Positions 6,660 to 12,844 of a DNA stretch of 12,844 nt are shown here, piece after piece. Under the pieces are notes generated by a model. It searched no databases. It saw nothing but the letters and a program-made list of their open reading frames with translations, and was not told the DNA's origin. The stretch lies in UHGV virus genome UHGV-0098265. One strand, 5' to 3'. A program made the position numbers and the translations under genes. Position 1 is the first letter of the stretch; each line of letters starts with the position of its first letter. This DNA comes from a virus.

Positions 6660-6824
6660 TTACTTACTGTTTATTCTGATAATCTCATCAAGAATTTTTT
6701 CATAAACAACTGTGCTTGGCTTTCCGTCAATGCCAGGGGCAAGATTACCGGCTCTGATAAGCTCAACAATAATCTGTTGAGCGGCTTCGTGTGGGTTGGT
6801 TTTGGGATTAACAATATCTGTCAT
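6660..6824 (-). CDS. Hypothetical 54-aa protein (MTDIVNPKTNPHEAAQQIIVELIRAG...), antisense to the PL operon
   Basis: Internal ATG at 6824 within track ORF 6660..6929, preceded by GAAGGG; two 14-bp direct repeats lie immediately upstream; its stop abuts the stop of the convergent plus-strand gene. Confidence 0.5.
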   Translation of the reverse strand: MTDIVNPKTNPHEAAQQIIVELIRAGNLAPGIDGKPSTVVYEKILDEIIRINSK

Positions 6825-6837
6825 AACAAAGCCCTTC

Positions 6838-6886
6838 TTTTGACTGTGGAAACAACAGTCTACCCATTTCCTTTGACTGTGGAAAG
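6838..6886. repeat. Two direct repeats of TTTGACTGTGGAAA spaced 35 bp apart, upstream of the minus-strand 54-aa gene
   Basis: Identical 14-mers at 6838-6851 and 6873-6886 read directly; each contains a TTGACT hexamer. Confidence 0.55.
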
Positions 6887-7075
6887 TGGAGGAACCACCG
6901 AGCCCGATGTGGTTAAAAGACAGGCACAATCTTTACTACCGCAATCCACTATTTAAGGTGATATACGGAAGAACAAGCAAACAAGATTCTCGTAGAACTA
7001 CTGCAAAAAGCCAGCAATGGAATAGACGCGGCTGTTTCATTTAGCCAGGCACAGATTCCTGATGTTGTTCATCAG

Positions 7076-7414
7076 TTGCTGCTATGGAATATGGTTGACA
7101 GTCTGATTAAAACATTAATAGCCATTCTAACAATCCCACTGGTTTTCTGGTTTATGAAGAAGCAGTGCCAAAGAGTTGAGACAGGTGAAATCGGTGATGA
7201 AGGATATTCATGGGAGAAAGGAAATCCCAAATACAGGCCGACAATGGTTTGGGATAGCAAAGGTGATATTAATCTTCTTATCGTGCCATTGGTTGGAGTT
7301 TTGACTCTGTGGGGGGATTTTATTATTGGTGCAGTAACCAATATGACTTGGTTAAAAATTTGGCTGGCCCCAAAGCTTTACCTTATCGAATATGCAGCAT
7401 CATTGGTTAATTAA
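7076..7414 (+). CDS. Small membrane protein with two hydrophobic segments (possible superinfection-exclusion SieB/Esc-like); start uncertain (TTG 7076, ATG 7091, or upstream)
   Basis: Hydrophobic segments LIKTLIAILTIPLVFWFM and INLLIVPLVGVLTLWGDFIIGAV. The frame is open back to 6962 with AAGGTG upstream but no canonical start codon. Confidence 0.55.
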   Translation: MLLWNMVDSLIKTLIAILTIPLVFWFMKKQCQRVETGEIGDEGYSWEKGNPKYRPTMVWDSKGDINLLIVPLVGVLTLWGDFIIGAVTNMTWLKIWLAPKLYLIEYAASLVN

Positions 7415-7417
7415 TTT

Positions 7418-7445
7418 CAGGCCGCATAATCGGCCTTTATTTTTA
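7418..7445 (+). terminator. Intrinsic terminator (tL-type, expected to be overridden by N)
   Basis: AGGCCG-cataat-CGGCCT hairpin followed by TTATTTTT. Confidence 0.65.
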
Positions 7446-7454
7446 AGGAGACAT

Positions 7455-7697
7455 ATGAAAATCAAAACTATGGGCGCAAGCCCATTAAGTGGTCGTATTT
7501 TTCAAGGAACATTAAACACTGAAAAAGGAATGTGGGTGGGAAAGAAAGAAGATGTAACCGAACAGGCAGTTAAGGCAGTAGCTGAACACATGATGATAAA
7601 AGACCAGAAATATGCATACGGAACGAAGGATGGCAAATGGCTGATAATAAGCCATCAAGTGGTTGATAAATTACCAGAAGAGTTTGTTGCTGGTTAA
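7455..7697 (+). CDS. Hypothetical 80-aa protein
   Basis: ATG preceded by AAGGAG at 5-nt spacing. The track ORF 7392..7697 upstream extension overlaps the terminator and was not used. Confidence 0.65.
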   Translation: MKIKTMGASPLSGRIFQGTLNTEKGMWVGKKEDVTEQAVKAVAEHMMIKDQKYAYGTKDGKWLIISHQVVDKLPEEFVAG

Positions 7698-7754
7698 ATT
7701 TGCTTTGGAATAAGCAACAGAATAAACACTGCACTGAATTATTTGAGGTGAGAT

Positions 7755-8225
7755 ATGACAAAATCATGGAGCGTACCTTTTCCTGAATCAGAAACTGAAC
7801 ATGATGGAATGCCTGTTTTCTGGAGATTCCAGGCGACAGTTGAAGAAGATGGAATCAAAATATTCGCACTTCAATATATAGCTTTTCATCAGACAGAGCA
7901 TTATGCATGGTTGGTTCCTGCGCATTGGATTGTTAATTTTAAACCAGCACCAAATCAGTGGTTACAGGAATGGAAACAAAGGAGAAATAGATATGCAATT
8001 AAGAAAGTAGCAAAAAATGCAGAAAGATCTTTTGCATTCCCGACGAAGAAACTTGCCATTGAAAGTTTATTGCGCCGGAAGAAATACCATTTGATGAGAA
8101 TCAAACAAGATTTGGCTGTTGTATCAACTCTTGTTGATGGGATGAAGAATATTGATACATCAACACCAGATATTGAATATAACTTTGGACACAACCAAGA
8201 AACAGAAAACTGGGTGTTTTATTAG
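7755..8225 (+). CDS. Hypothetical 156-aa protein (Trp-rich, basic C-terminal half)
   Basis: ATG preceded by GAGGTGAGAT; clean 156-codon frame; no homolog recognised. Confidence 0.65.
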   Translation: MTKSWSVPFPESETEHDGMPVFWRFQATVEEDGIKIFALQYIAFHQTEHYAWLVPAHWIVNFKPAPNQWLQEWKQRRNRYAIKKVAKNAERSFAFPTKKLAIESLLRRKKYHLMRIKQDLAVVSTLVDGMKNIDTSTPDIEYNFGHNQETENWVFY

Positions 8226-8239
8226 TACGAATAAGCACT

Positions 8240-8267
8240 GTGTATTCATTCCAACGAGTGAATACAC
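8240..8267. repeat. Perfect 9-bp inverted repeat GTGTATTCA / TGAATACAC with a 10-nt loop, no U-tract
   Basis: Read directly; lies between the 156-aa gene and the downstream terminator. Confidence 0.5.
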
Positions 8268-8329
8268 GGAGCAATGTCGCTCGTAACTAAACAGGAGCCG
8301 ACTTGTTCTGATTATTGGAAATCTTCTTT

Positions 8330-8356
8330 GCCCTCCAGTGTGAGGGCGATTTTTTA
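8330..8356 (+). terminator. Intrinsic terminator
   Basis: GCCCTC-cagtgt-GAGGGC hairpin followed by GATTTTTTAT. Confidence 0.65.
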
Positions 8357-8375
8357 TCTATGAGGATATGAACAG

Positions 8376-8744
8376 ATGTCAAACATCAAAAAATACATCA
8401 TTGATTACGACTGGAAAGCATCAATAGAAATTGAAATCGACCATGACGTAATGACAGAGGAAAAACTTCACCAGATTAATAATTTCTGGTCAGACTCTGA
8501 ATACCGACTCAATAAACACGGCTCTGTATTAAATGCTGTATTAATCATGCTGGCGCAACATGCTCTGCTTATAGCAATTTCAAGCGACTTAAATGCATAT
8601 GGTGTTGTGTGTGAGTTCGACTGGAATGATGGAAATGGTCAGGAAGGATGGCCTCCAATGGATGGTAGCGAAGGAATAAGAATTACCGATATCGATACAT
8701 CAGGAATATTTGATTCAGATGATATGACTATCAAAGCCGCCTGA
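8376..8744 (+). CDS. ea10: Ea10-like early protein (122 aa)
   Basis: Same length (369 nt) and same 72-nt spacing to cIII as lambda ea10; GAGGA Shine-Dalgarno. The assignment rests on position and size only, since the Ea10 sequence was not recalled. Confidence 0.6.
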   Translation: MSNIKKYIIDYDWKASIEIEIDHDVMTEEKLHQINNFWSDSEYRLNKHGSVLNAVLIMLAQHALLIAISSDLNAYGVVCEFDWNDGNGQEGWPPMDGSEGIRITDIDTSGIFDSDDMTIKAA

Positions 8745-8767
8745 GCGCGGCGTTACCGCATACCAAT

Positions 8768-8791
8768 AACGCTTCACTCGAGGCGTTTTTC
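8768..8791 (+). terminator. Candidate weak intrinsic terminator or structured leader upstream of cIII
   Basis: AACGC-ttcactcgag-GCGTT hairpin followed by TTTTTCG. Confidence 0.35.
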
Positions 8792-8816
8792 GTTATGTAT
8801 AAATAAGGAGCACACC

Positions 8817-8981
8817 ATGCAATATGCCATTGCAGGGTGGCCTGTTGCTGGCTGCCCTTCCGAATCTTTACTTGAACGAATCACCCGTAAATTACGTGAC
8901 GGATGGAAACGCCTTATCGACATACTTAATCAGCCAGGAGTCCCAAAAAATGGATCAAACACTTATGGCTATCCAGACTAA
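8817..8981 (+). CDS. cIII: CIII (FtsH/HflB inhibitor that stabilises CII), lambda-identical
   Basis: 54 aa, [60 protein letters not shown] Shine-Dalgarno. Absent from the ORF track because it is short. Confidence 0.9.
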   Translation: MQYAIAGWPVAGCPSESLLERITRKLRDGWKRLIDILNQPGVPKNGSNTYGYPD

Positions 8982-9093
8982 ATTCACTATCGCCACTTTT
9001 ATTGGCGATGAAAAGATGTTTCGTGAGGCCGTCGACGCTTATAAAAAATGGATATTAATACTGAAACTGAGATCAAGCAAAAGCATTCACTAA
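8950..9093 (+). CDS. kil: Kil (host cell-division inhibitor), lambda-like
   Basis: 47 aa, [47 protein letters not shown]. Internal start within track ORF 8824..9093, preceded by AGGAG; overlaps the cIII 3' end and the gam 5' end as in lambda. Confidence 0.85.
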   Translation: MDQTLMAIQTKFTIATFIGDEKMFREAVDAYKKWILILKLRSSKSIH

Positions 9094-9464
9094 CCCCCTT
9101 TCCTGTTTTCCTAATCAGCCCGGCATTTCGCGGGCGATATTTTCACAGCTATTTCAGGAGTTCAGCCATGAACGCTTATTACATTCAGGATCGTCTTGAG
9201 GCTCAGAGCTGGACGCGTCACTACCAGCAGCTCGCCCGTGAAGAGAAAGAGGCAGAACTGGCAGACGACATGGAAAAAAGCCTGCCCCAGCACCTGTTTG
9301 AATCGCTATGCATCGATCATTTGCAACGCCACGGGGCCAGCAAAAAAGCCATTACCCGTGCGTTTGATGACGATGTTGAGTTTCAGGAGCGCATGGCAGA
9401 ACACATCCGGTACATGGTTGAAACCATTGCTCACCACCAGGTTGATATTGATTCAGAGGTATAA
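9048..9464 (+). CDS. gam: Gam (RecBCD inhibitor), lambda-like; the short GamS form would start at ATG 9168
   Basis: 138 aa, [55 protein letters not shown]... matches lambda Gam as recalled. The internal ATG at 9168 is preceded by CAGGAG. Confidence 0.93.
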   Translation: MDINTETEIKQKHSLTPFPVFLISPAFRGRYFHSYFRSSAMNAYYIQDRLEAQSWTRHYQQLAREEKEAELADDMEKSLPQHLFESLCIDHLQRHGASKKAITRAFDDDVEFQERMAEHIRYMVETIAHHQVDIDSEV

Positions 9465-9469
9465 AACGG

Positions 9470-10255
9470 ATGAGTACAGCACTCGCAACGCTGGCTGGGA
9501 AGCTGGCTGAACGTGTCGGCATGGATTCTGTCGACCCACAGGAACTGATCACCACTCTTCGCCAGACGGCATTTAAAGGTGATGCCAGCGATGCGCAGTT
9601 CATCGCATTGTTGATCGTCGCCAACCAGTACGGCCTTAATCCGTGGACGAAAGAAATTTACGCCTTCCCTGACAAGCAGAACGGCATCGTTCCGGTGGTG
9701 GGCGTTGATGGCTGGTCCCGTATCATCAATGAAAACCAGCAGTTTGATGGCATGGACTTTGAGCAGGACAATGAATCATGTACATGCCGGATTTACCGCA
9801 AGGACCGTAATCATCCGATCTGCGTTACCGAGTGGATGGATGAATGCCGCCGCGAACCATTCAAAACCCGCGAAGGCAGAGAAATCACCGGACCGTGGCA
9901 GTCGCATCCCAAACGGATGTTACGGCATAAAGCCATGATTCAGTGTGCCCGTCTGGCCTTCGGATTTGCTGGTATCTATGACAAGGATGAAGCCGAGCGC
10001 ATTGTCGAAAATACTGCATACACTGCAGAACGTCAGCCGGAACGCGACATCACTCCGGTTAACGATGAAACCATGCAGGAGATTAACACTCTGCTGATCG
10101 CCCTGGATAAAACATGGGATGACGACTTATTGCCGCTCTGTTCCCAGATATTTCGCCGCGACATTCGCGCATCGTCAGAACTGACACAGGCCGAAGCAGT
10201 GAAAGCTCTTGGATTCCTGAAACAGAAAGCCACTGAGCAGAAGGTGGCAGCATGA
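9470..10255 (+). CDS. bet: Bet (Red-beta single-strand annealing protein), lambda-like
   Basis: 261 aa, [59 protein letters not shown]... matches lambda Bet as recalled. Confidence 0.97.
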   Translation: MSTALATLAGKLAERVGMDSVDPQELITTLRQTAFKGDASDAQFIALLIVANQYGLNPWTKEIYAFPDKQNGIVPVVGVDGWSRIINENQQFDGMDFEQDNESCTCRIYRKDRNHPICVTEWMDECRREPFKTREGREITGPWQSHPKRMLRHKAMIQCARLAFGFAGIYDKDEAERIVENTAYTAERQPERDITPVNDETMQEINTLLIALDKTWDDDLLPLCSQIFRRDIRASSELTQAEAVKALGFLKQKATEQKVAA

Positions 10256-10932
10256 CACCGGACATTATCCTGCAGCGTACCGGGATCGACGTGAGAGCTG
10301 TCGAACAGGGGGATGATGCATGGCACAAATTACGGCTCGGCGTCATCACCGCTTCAGAAGTTCACAACGTGATAGCAAAGCCCCGCTCAGGAAAGAAGTG
10401 GCCTGACATGAAAATGTCCTACTTCCACACCCTGCTGGCTGAGGTTTGCACCGGTGTGGCTCCGGAAGTTAATGCTAAGGCGCTGGCCTGGGGAAAACAG
10501 TACGAGAACGACGCCAGAGCCCTGTTTGAGTTTACTTCCGGCGTGAATGTTACTGAATCCCCGATCATCTATCGCGACGAAAGTATGCGCACCGCCTGCT
10601 CTCCCGATGGTTTATGCAGTGACGGCAACGGCCTTGAACTGAAATGCCCGTTTACCTCCCGGGATTTCATGAAATTCCGGCTCGGTGGTTTCGAGGCCAT
10701 AAAGTCAGCTTACATGGCCCAGGTGCAGTACAGCATGTGGGTGACGCGAAAAGATGCCTGGTACTTTGCCAACTATGACCCACGAATGAAGCGTGAAGGC
10801 CTGCATTATGTCGTGGTTGAGCGGGATGAAAATTACATGGCGAGTTTTGACGAGATGGTGCCGGAGTTCATCGAAAAAATGGACGAGGCACTGGCTGAAA
10901 TTGGTTTTGTATTTGGGGAGCAATGGCGATGA
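10252..10932 (+). CDS. exo: Exo (Red-alpha 5'-3' exonuclease), lambda-like
   Basis: 226 aa, [69 protein letters not shown]... matches lambda Exo as recalled. ATGA overlap with bet. Confidence 0.97.
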   Translation: MTPDIILQRTGIDVRAVEQGDDAWHKLRLGVITASEVHNVIAKPRSGKKWPDMKMSYFHTLLAEVCTGVAPEVNAKALAWGKQYENDARALFEFTSGVNVTESPIIYRDESMRTACSPDGLCSDGNGLELKCPFTSRDFMKFRLGGFEAIKSAYMAQVQYSMWVTRKDAWYFANYDPRMKREGLHYVVVERDENYMASFDEMVPEFIEKMDEALAEIGFVFGEQWR

Positions 10933-11111
10933 AGCATCCTCACGATAATATCCGGGTAGGCGCGATCACTTTCGTCTACTCCATTACAAAGCGAGGCTGG
11001 GTATTTCCCGGCCTTTCTGTTATCCGAAATCCCCTGAAAGCACAGCGGCTGGCTGAGGAGATAAATAATAAACGGGGAGCTGTATGCACAAAGCATCTCC
11101 CGTTGAGTTAA
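10929..11111 (+). CDS. Small early-left protein, lambda orf60a-like (60 aa)
   Basis: Same size and the same 4-nt overlap with exo as lambda orf60a. The track ORF 10923..11111 begins two codons upstream. Confidence 0.6.
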   Translation: MKHPHDNIRVGAITFVYSITKRGWVFPGLSVIRNPLKAQRLAEEINNKRGAVCTKHLPLS

Positions 11112-11275
11112 GAACGAGTATCGAGATGGCACATAGCCTCGCTCAAATTGGAGTCAGGTTTGTGCCAATACCAGTAGAAACAGACGAAGTATTTCATACG
11201 TTAGCCGCATCCCTTTCACAAAAGCTGGAAATGATGGTGGCGAAAGCAGAAGCAGATGAGAGAGACCAGGTATGA
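11084..11275 (+). CDS. Small early-left protein, lambda orf63-like (63 aa)
   Basis: Same size and the same 28-nt overlap with the preceding gene as lambda orf63. Confidence 0.6.
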   Translation: MHKASPVELRTSIEMAHSLAQIGVRFVPIPVETDEVFHTLAASLSQKLEMMVAKAEADERDQV

Positions 11276-11355
11276 CAACCACTGAATGCATTTTTCTGGC
11301 AGCGGGCTTCATATTCTGTGTGCTTATGCTTGCCGACATGGGACTTGTTCAATGA
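11272..11355 (+). CDS. Candidate 27-aa hydrophobic peptide (MTTTECIFLAAGFIFCVLMLADMGLVQ)
   Basis: ATGA overlap with the orf63 stop at its 5' end and ATGA overlap with the next gene start at its 3' end; the product is a single predicted transmembrane helix. Below the ORF-track size cutoff. Confidence 0.4.
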   Translation: MTTTECIFLAAGFIFCVLMLADMGLVQ

Positions 11356-11567
11356 CACCTCAGCAGGAAAACGCCCTTCGCAGCATTGCCCGTCAGGCTA
11401 ATTCTGAAATCAAAAAAGCCAGACAGCAGTTTCCGGATAAAAACGTCGATGACATTTGCCGTAGCGTACTGAAGAAGCACCGCGAAACGGTAACGCTGAT
11501 GGGATTCACACCGACTCATTTAAGCCTGGCGATCGGCATGTTAAACGGCGTCTTTAAGGAGCGATGA
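11352..11567 (+). CDS. Hypothetical 71-aa protein (orf61-region gene)
   Basis: ATG at 11352 within track ORF 11286..11567, coupled by ATGA to the upstream peptide ORF. Confidence 0.55.
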   Translation: MTPQQENALRSIARQANSEIKKARQQFPDKNVDDICRSVLKKHRETVTLMGFTPTHLSLAIGMLNGVFKER

Positions 11568-11665
11568 ACATGAAAAGCAAAATCATCAGGGAGCTACAGG
11601 CTCCTTTTTTATTATTCGCATTCACCCTCAAGCGTATTAACCAACAATTCAGGGATTAATGAAAG

Positions 11666-11887
11666 ATGGCAGACATCATTGATTCAGCATCAGAAATTGA
11701 AGAATTACAGCGCAACACAGCAATAAAAATGCGCCGCCTGAACCACCAGGCTATATCTGCCACTCATTGTTGTGAGTGTGGCGATCCGATAGATGAACGA
11801 AGACGCTTGGCCGTTCAGGGTTGTCGGACTTGTGCAAGTTGCCAGGAGGATCTGGAACTTATCAGTAAACAGAGAGGTTCGAAGTGA
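11666..11887 (+). CDS. TraR/DksA-family C4 zinc-finger protein (lambda orf73-like, 73 aa)
   Basis: Cys pairs CCECGDPI...CRTCASCQ spaced as in TraR/DksA zinc fingers; same length as lambda orf73. Confidence 0.8.
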   Translation: MADIIDSASEIEELQRNTAIKMRRLNHQAISATHCCECGDPIDERRRLAVQGCRTCASCQEDLELISKQRGSK

Positions 11888-12306
11888 GCGAAATTAACTC
11901 TCAGGCACTGCGTGAGGCGGCAGTAGCAATTGAAACAGTAGCAACGCCTCAAAAATTGCTGGCATTTCGTATGAAAGTCACACCTCAGGTTGTGCTGGCA
12001 CTGCTGGATGAACGGGAAAGAAACCAGCAATACATCAAACGCCGCGACCAAGAGAACGAGGATATTGCGCTAACGGTAGGGAAGCTGCGCGTTGAGCTTG
12101 AAGCAGAAAAACAGCGGGCAAAAGTTCTATTTATGGAAAATGCTCGGCTTAAGTCAGGCATAGCCGGTCTGATACACCTCGGTATTCGATATGCAGATGT
12201 TGAGGTCATGAAAATTGCTGGAGATGCCCAGCTTTCTACCCCATGCACTGACAGCATCATAAATAGCATTACAGCAGGTATTTTCACCAAAGAGGGGGCA
12301 GCATGA
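11884..12306 (+). CDS. Hypothetical 140-aa protein with predicted coiled-coil
   Basis: GTG start overlapping the upstream stop (GTGA), with GAGAGG Shine-Dalgarno; Glu/Arg/Lys-rich heptad-like region. Confidence 0.6.
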   Translation: MSEINSQALREAAVAIETVATPQKLLAFRMKVTPQVVLALLDERERNQQYIKRRDQENEDIALTVGKLRVELEAEKQRAKVLFMENARLKSGIAGLIHLGIRYADVEVMKIAGDAQLSTPCTDSIINSITAGIFTKEGAA

Positions 12307-12491
12307 TGAGAACTATAGAAGTTCGCGCTGAGGACGTAATACCTGGTGATGTGGTCATAACATCTAAAGGTCAACAATGTGCGGTTAAATCTTTCTGGAT
12401 GGACGGTGACAAAGTGACTCTGTTCGGTACGGATGGTTCCGAAACGGATTATGACTACGACGAATTGCTTGTTGTTGAGAGAGCTGCCTAA
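12303..12491 (+). CDS. Hypothetical 62-aa protein
   Basis: ATGA overlap with the upstream gene; GAGGGGG Shine-Dalgarno. Confidence 0.6.
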   Translation: MMRTIEVRAEDVIPGDVVITSKGQQCAVKSFWMDGDKVTLFGTDGSETDYDYDELLVVERAA

Positions 12492-12844
12492 TGACCACCT
12501 TTACCAAAGAACAGTTAATCTCCCATGCACGCGAAAGCGTTAGTTATCTGGAAAACTTGAAAGGACGTGTTAGCAAAGAAGGTGCGGACTGCAAAGTTGT
12601 TCTTGAGATGGTTGAACGAGATCTAGAACTGGCACGAATTGCACTGGCATCACTGGAAGCAGAGCTGATAGGTTTCCGTTGCAGGCGCAATGATAACCTT
12701 GGTGATTGGAGTTACGTATATCATCGAGAGCCAGATGATTTTGAGCGCAAACATTTAGTGATAGAGGGCATTTACGCCGCCCCTCCAGAGCCGGTAGTGC
12801 CGGAAGAAGCAACTCCGGAAAACGTAGAAATGCTCTCTGGCTAT
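12491..12844 (+). CDS. Hypothetical protein, 3'-truncated by the window end (at least 118 codons)
   Basis: ATG overlaps the upstream TAA (TAATG); open frame with no stop to the end of the window. Absent from the ORF track because there is no stop codon. Confidence 0.5.
   Translation, partial: MTTFTKEQLISHARESVSYLENLKGRVSKEGADCKVVLEMVERDLELARIALASLEAELIGFRCRRNDNLGDWSYVYHREPDDFERKHLVIEGIYAAPPEPVVPEEATPENVEMLSGY

Noticed and set aside
7392-7697. Upstream-extended start of the 80-aa gene (track ORF 7392..7697)
   Set aside because: The extension overlaps the terminator hairpin and the preceding gene's end; the ATG at 7455 has an AAGGAG Shine-Dalgarno.
7072-8194. Minus-strand ORFs 7072..7341, 7570..7767 and 7955..8194
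   Set aside because: Antisense to plus-strand genes that have ribosome-binding sites and sit in an operon with plus-oriented terminators; no start signals of their own.
9196-12812. Alternative-frame and antisense ORFs across gam, bet, exo and the small-gene chain (for example 9196..9510, 9352..9624, 9705..9938, 10033..10349, 10705..11132, 11154..11339, 11815..12051, 11985..12377, 12570..12812)
   Set aside because: All overlap genes matching lambda Gam/Bet/Exo or the translationally coupled plus-strand chain; their translations are Arg/Ser/Cys-rich and they lack ribosome-binding sites.

Overview
This window is the immunity/early region of a lambdoid prophage, inverted relative to the usual lambda map. 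Minus strand, left to right: an HNH-AP2 endonuclease inserted beside ninB, ninB, an extra small ORF, a tR2-like terminator, ren, P, O (with the replication origin inside it, six iterons rather than lambda's four), cII, nutR and cro. Plus strand: cI, a two-gene accessory cassette in the position where lambda carries rexAB, an intrinsic terminator, the PL/OL region, nutL (P22-type boxA/boxB), an N antiterminator with a P22-type arginine-rich motif, a divergent AT-rich block of small accessory genes, then a lambda-like ea10-cIII-kil-gam-bet-exo module and a chain of translationally coupled small genes (orf60a, orf63, a 27-codon peptide, a TraR-like zinc-finger protein, and others). The phage is a mosaic: replication and recombination modules look lambda-like, the immunity module does not. 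All homology statements are from memory of lambda and P22 proteins, not from a search. The strongest candidates for undescribed biology are the cI-linked two-gene cassette (4954-5462) and the divergent block between N and ea10 (6365-8225); none of these products could be assigned a function from sequence alone.
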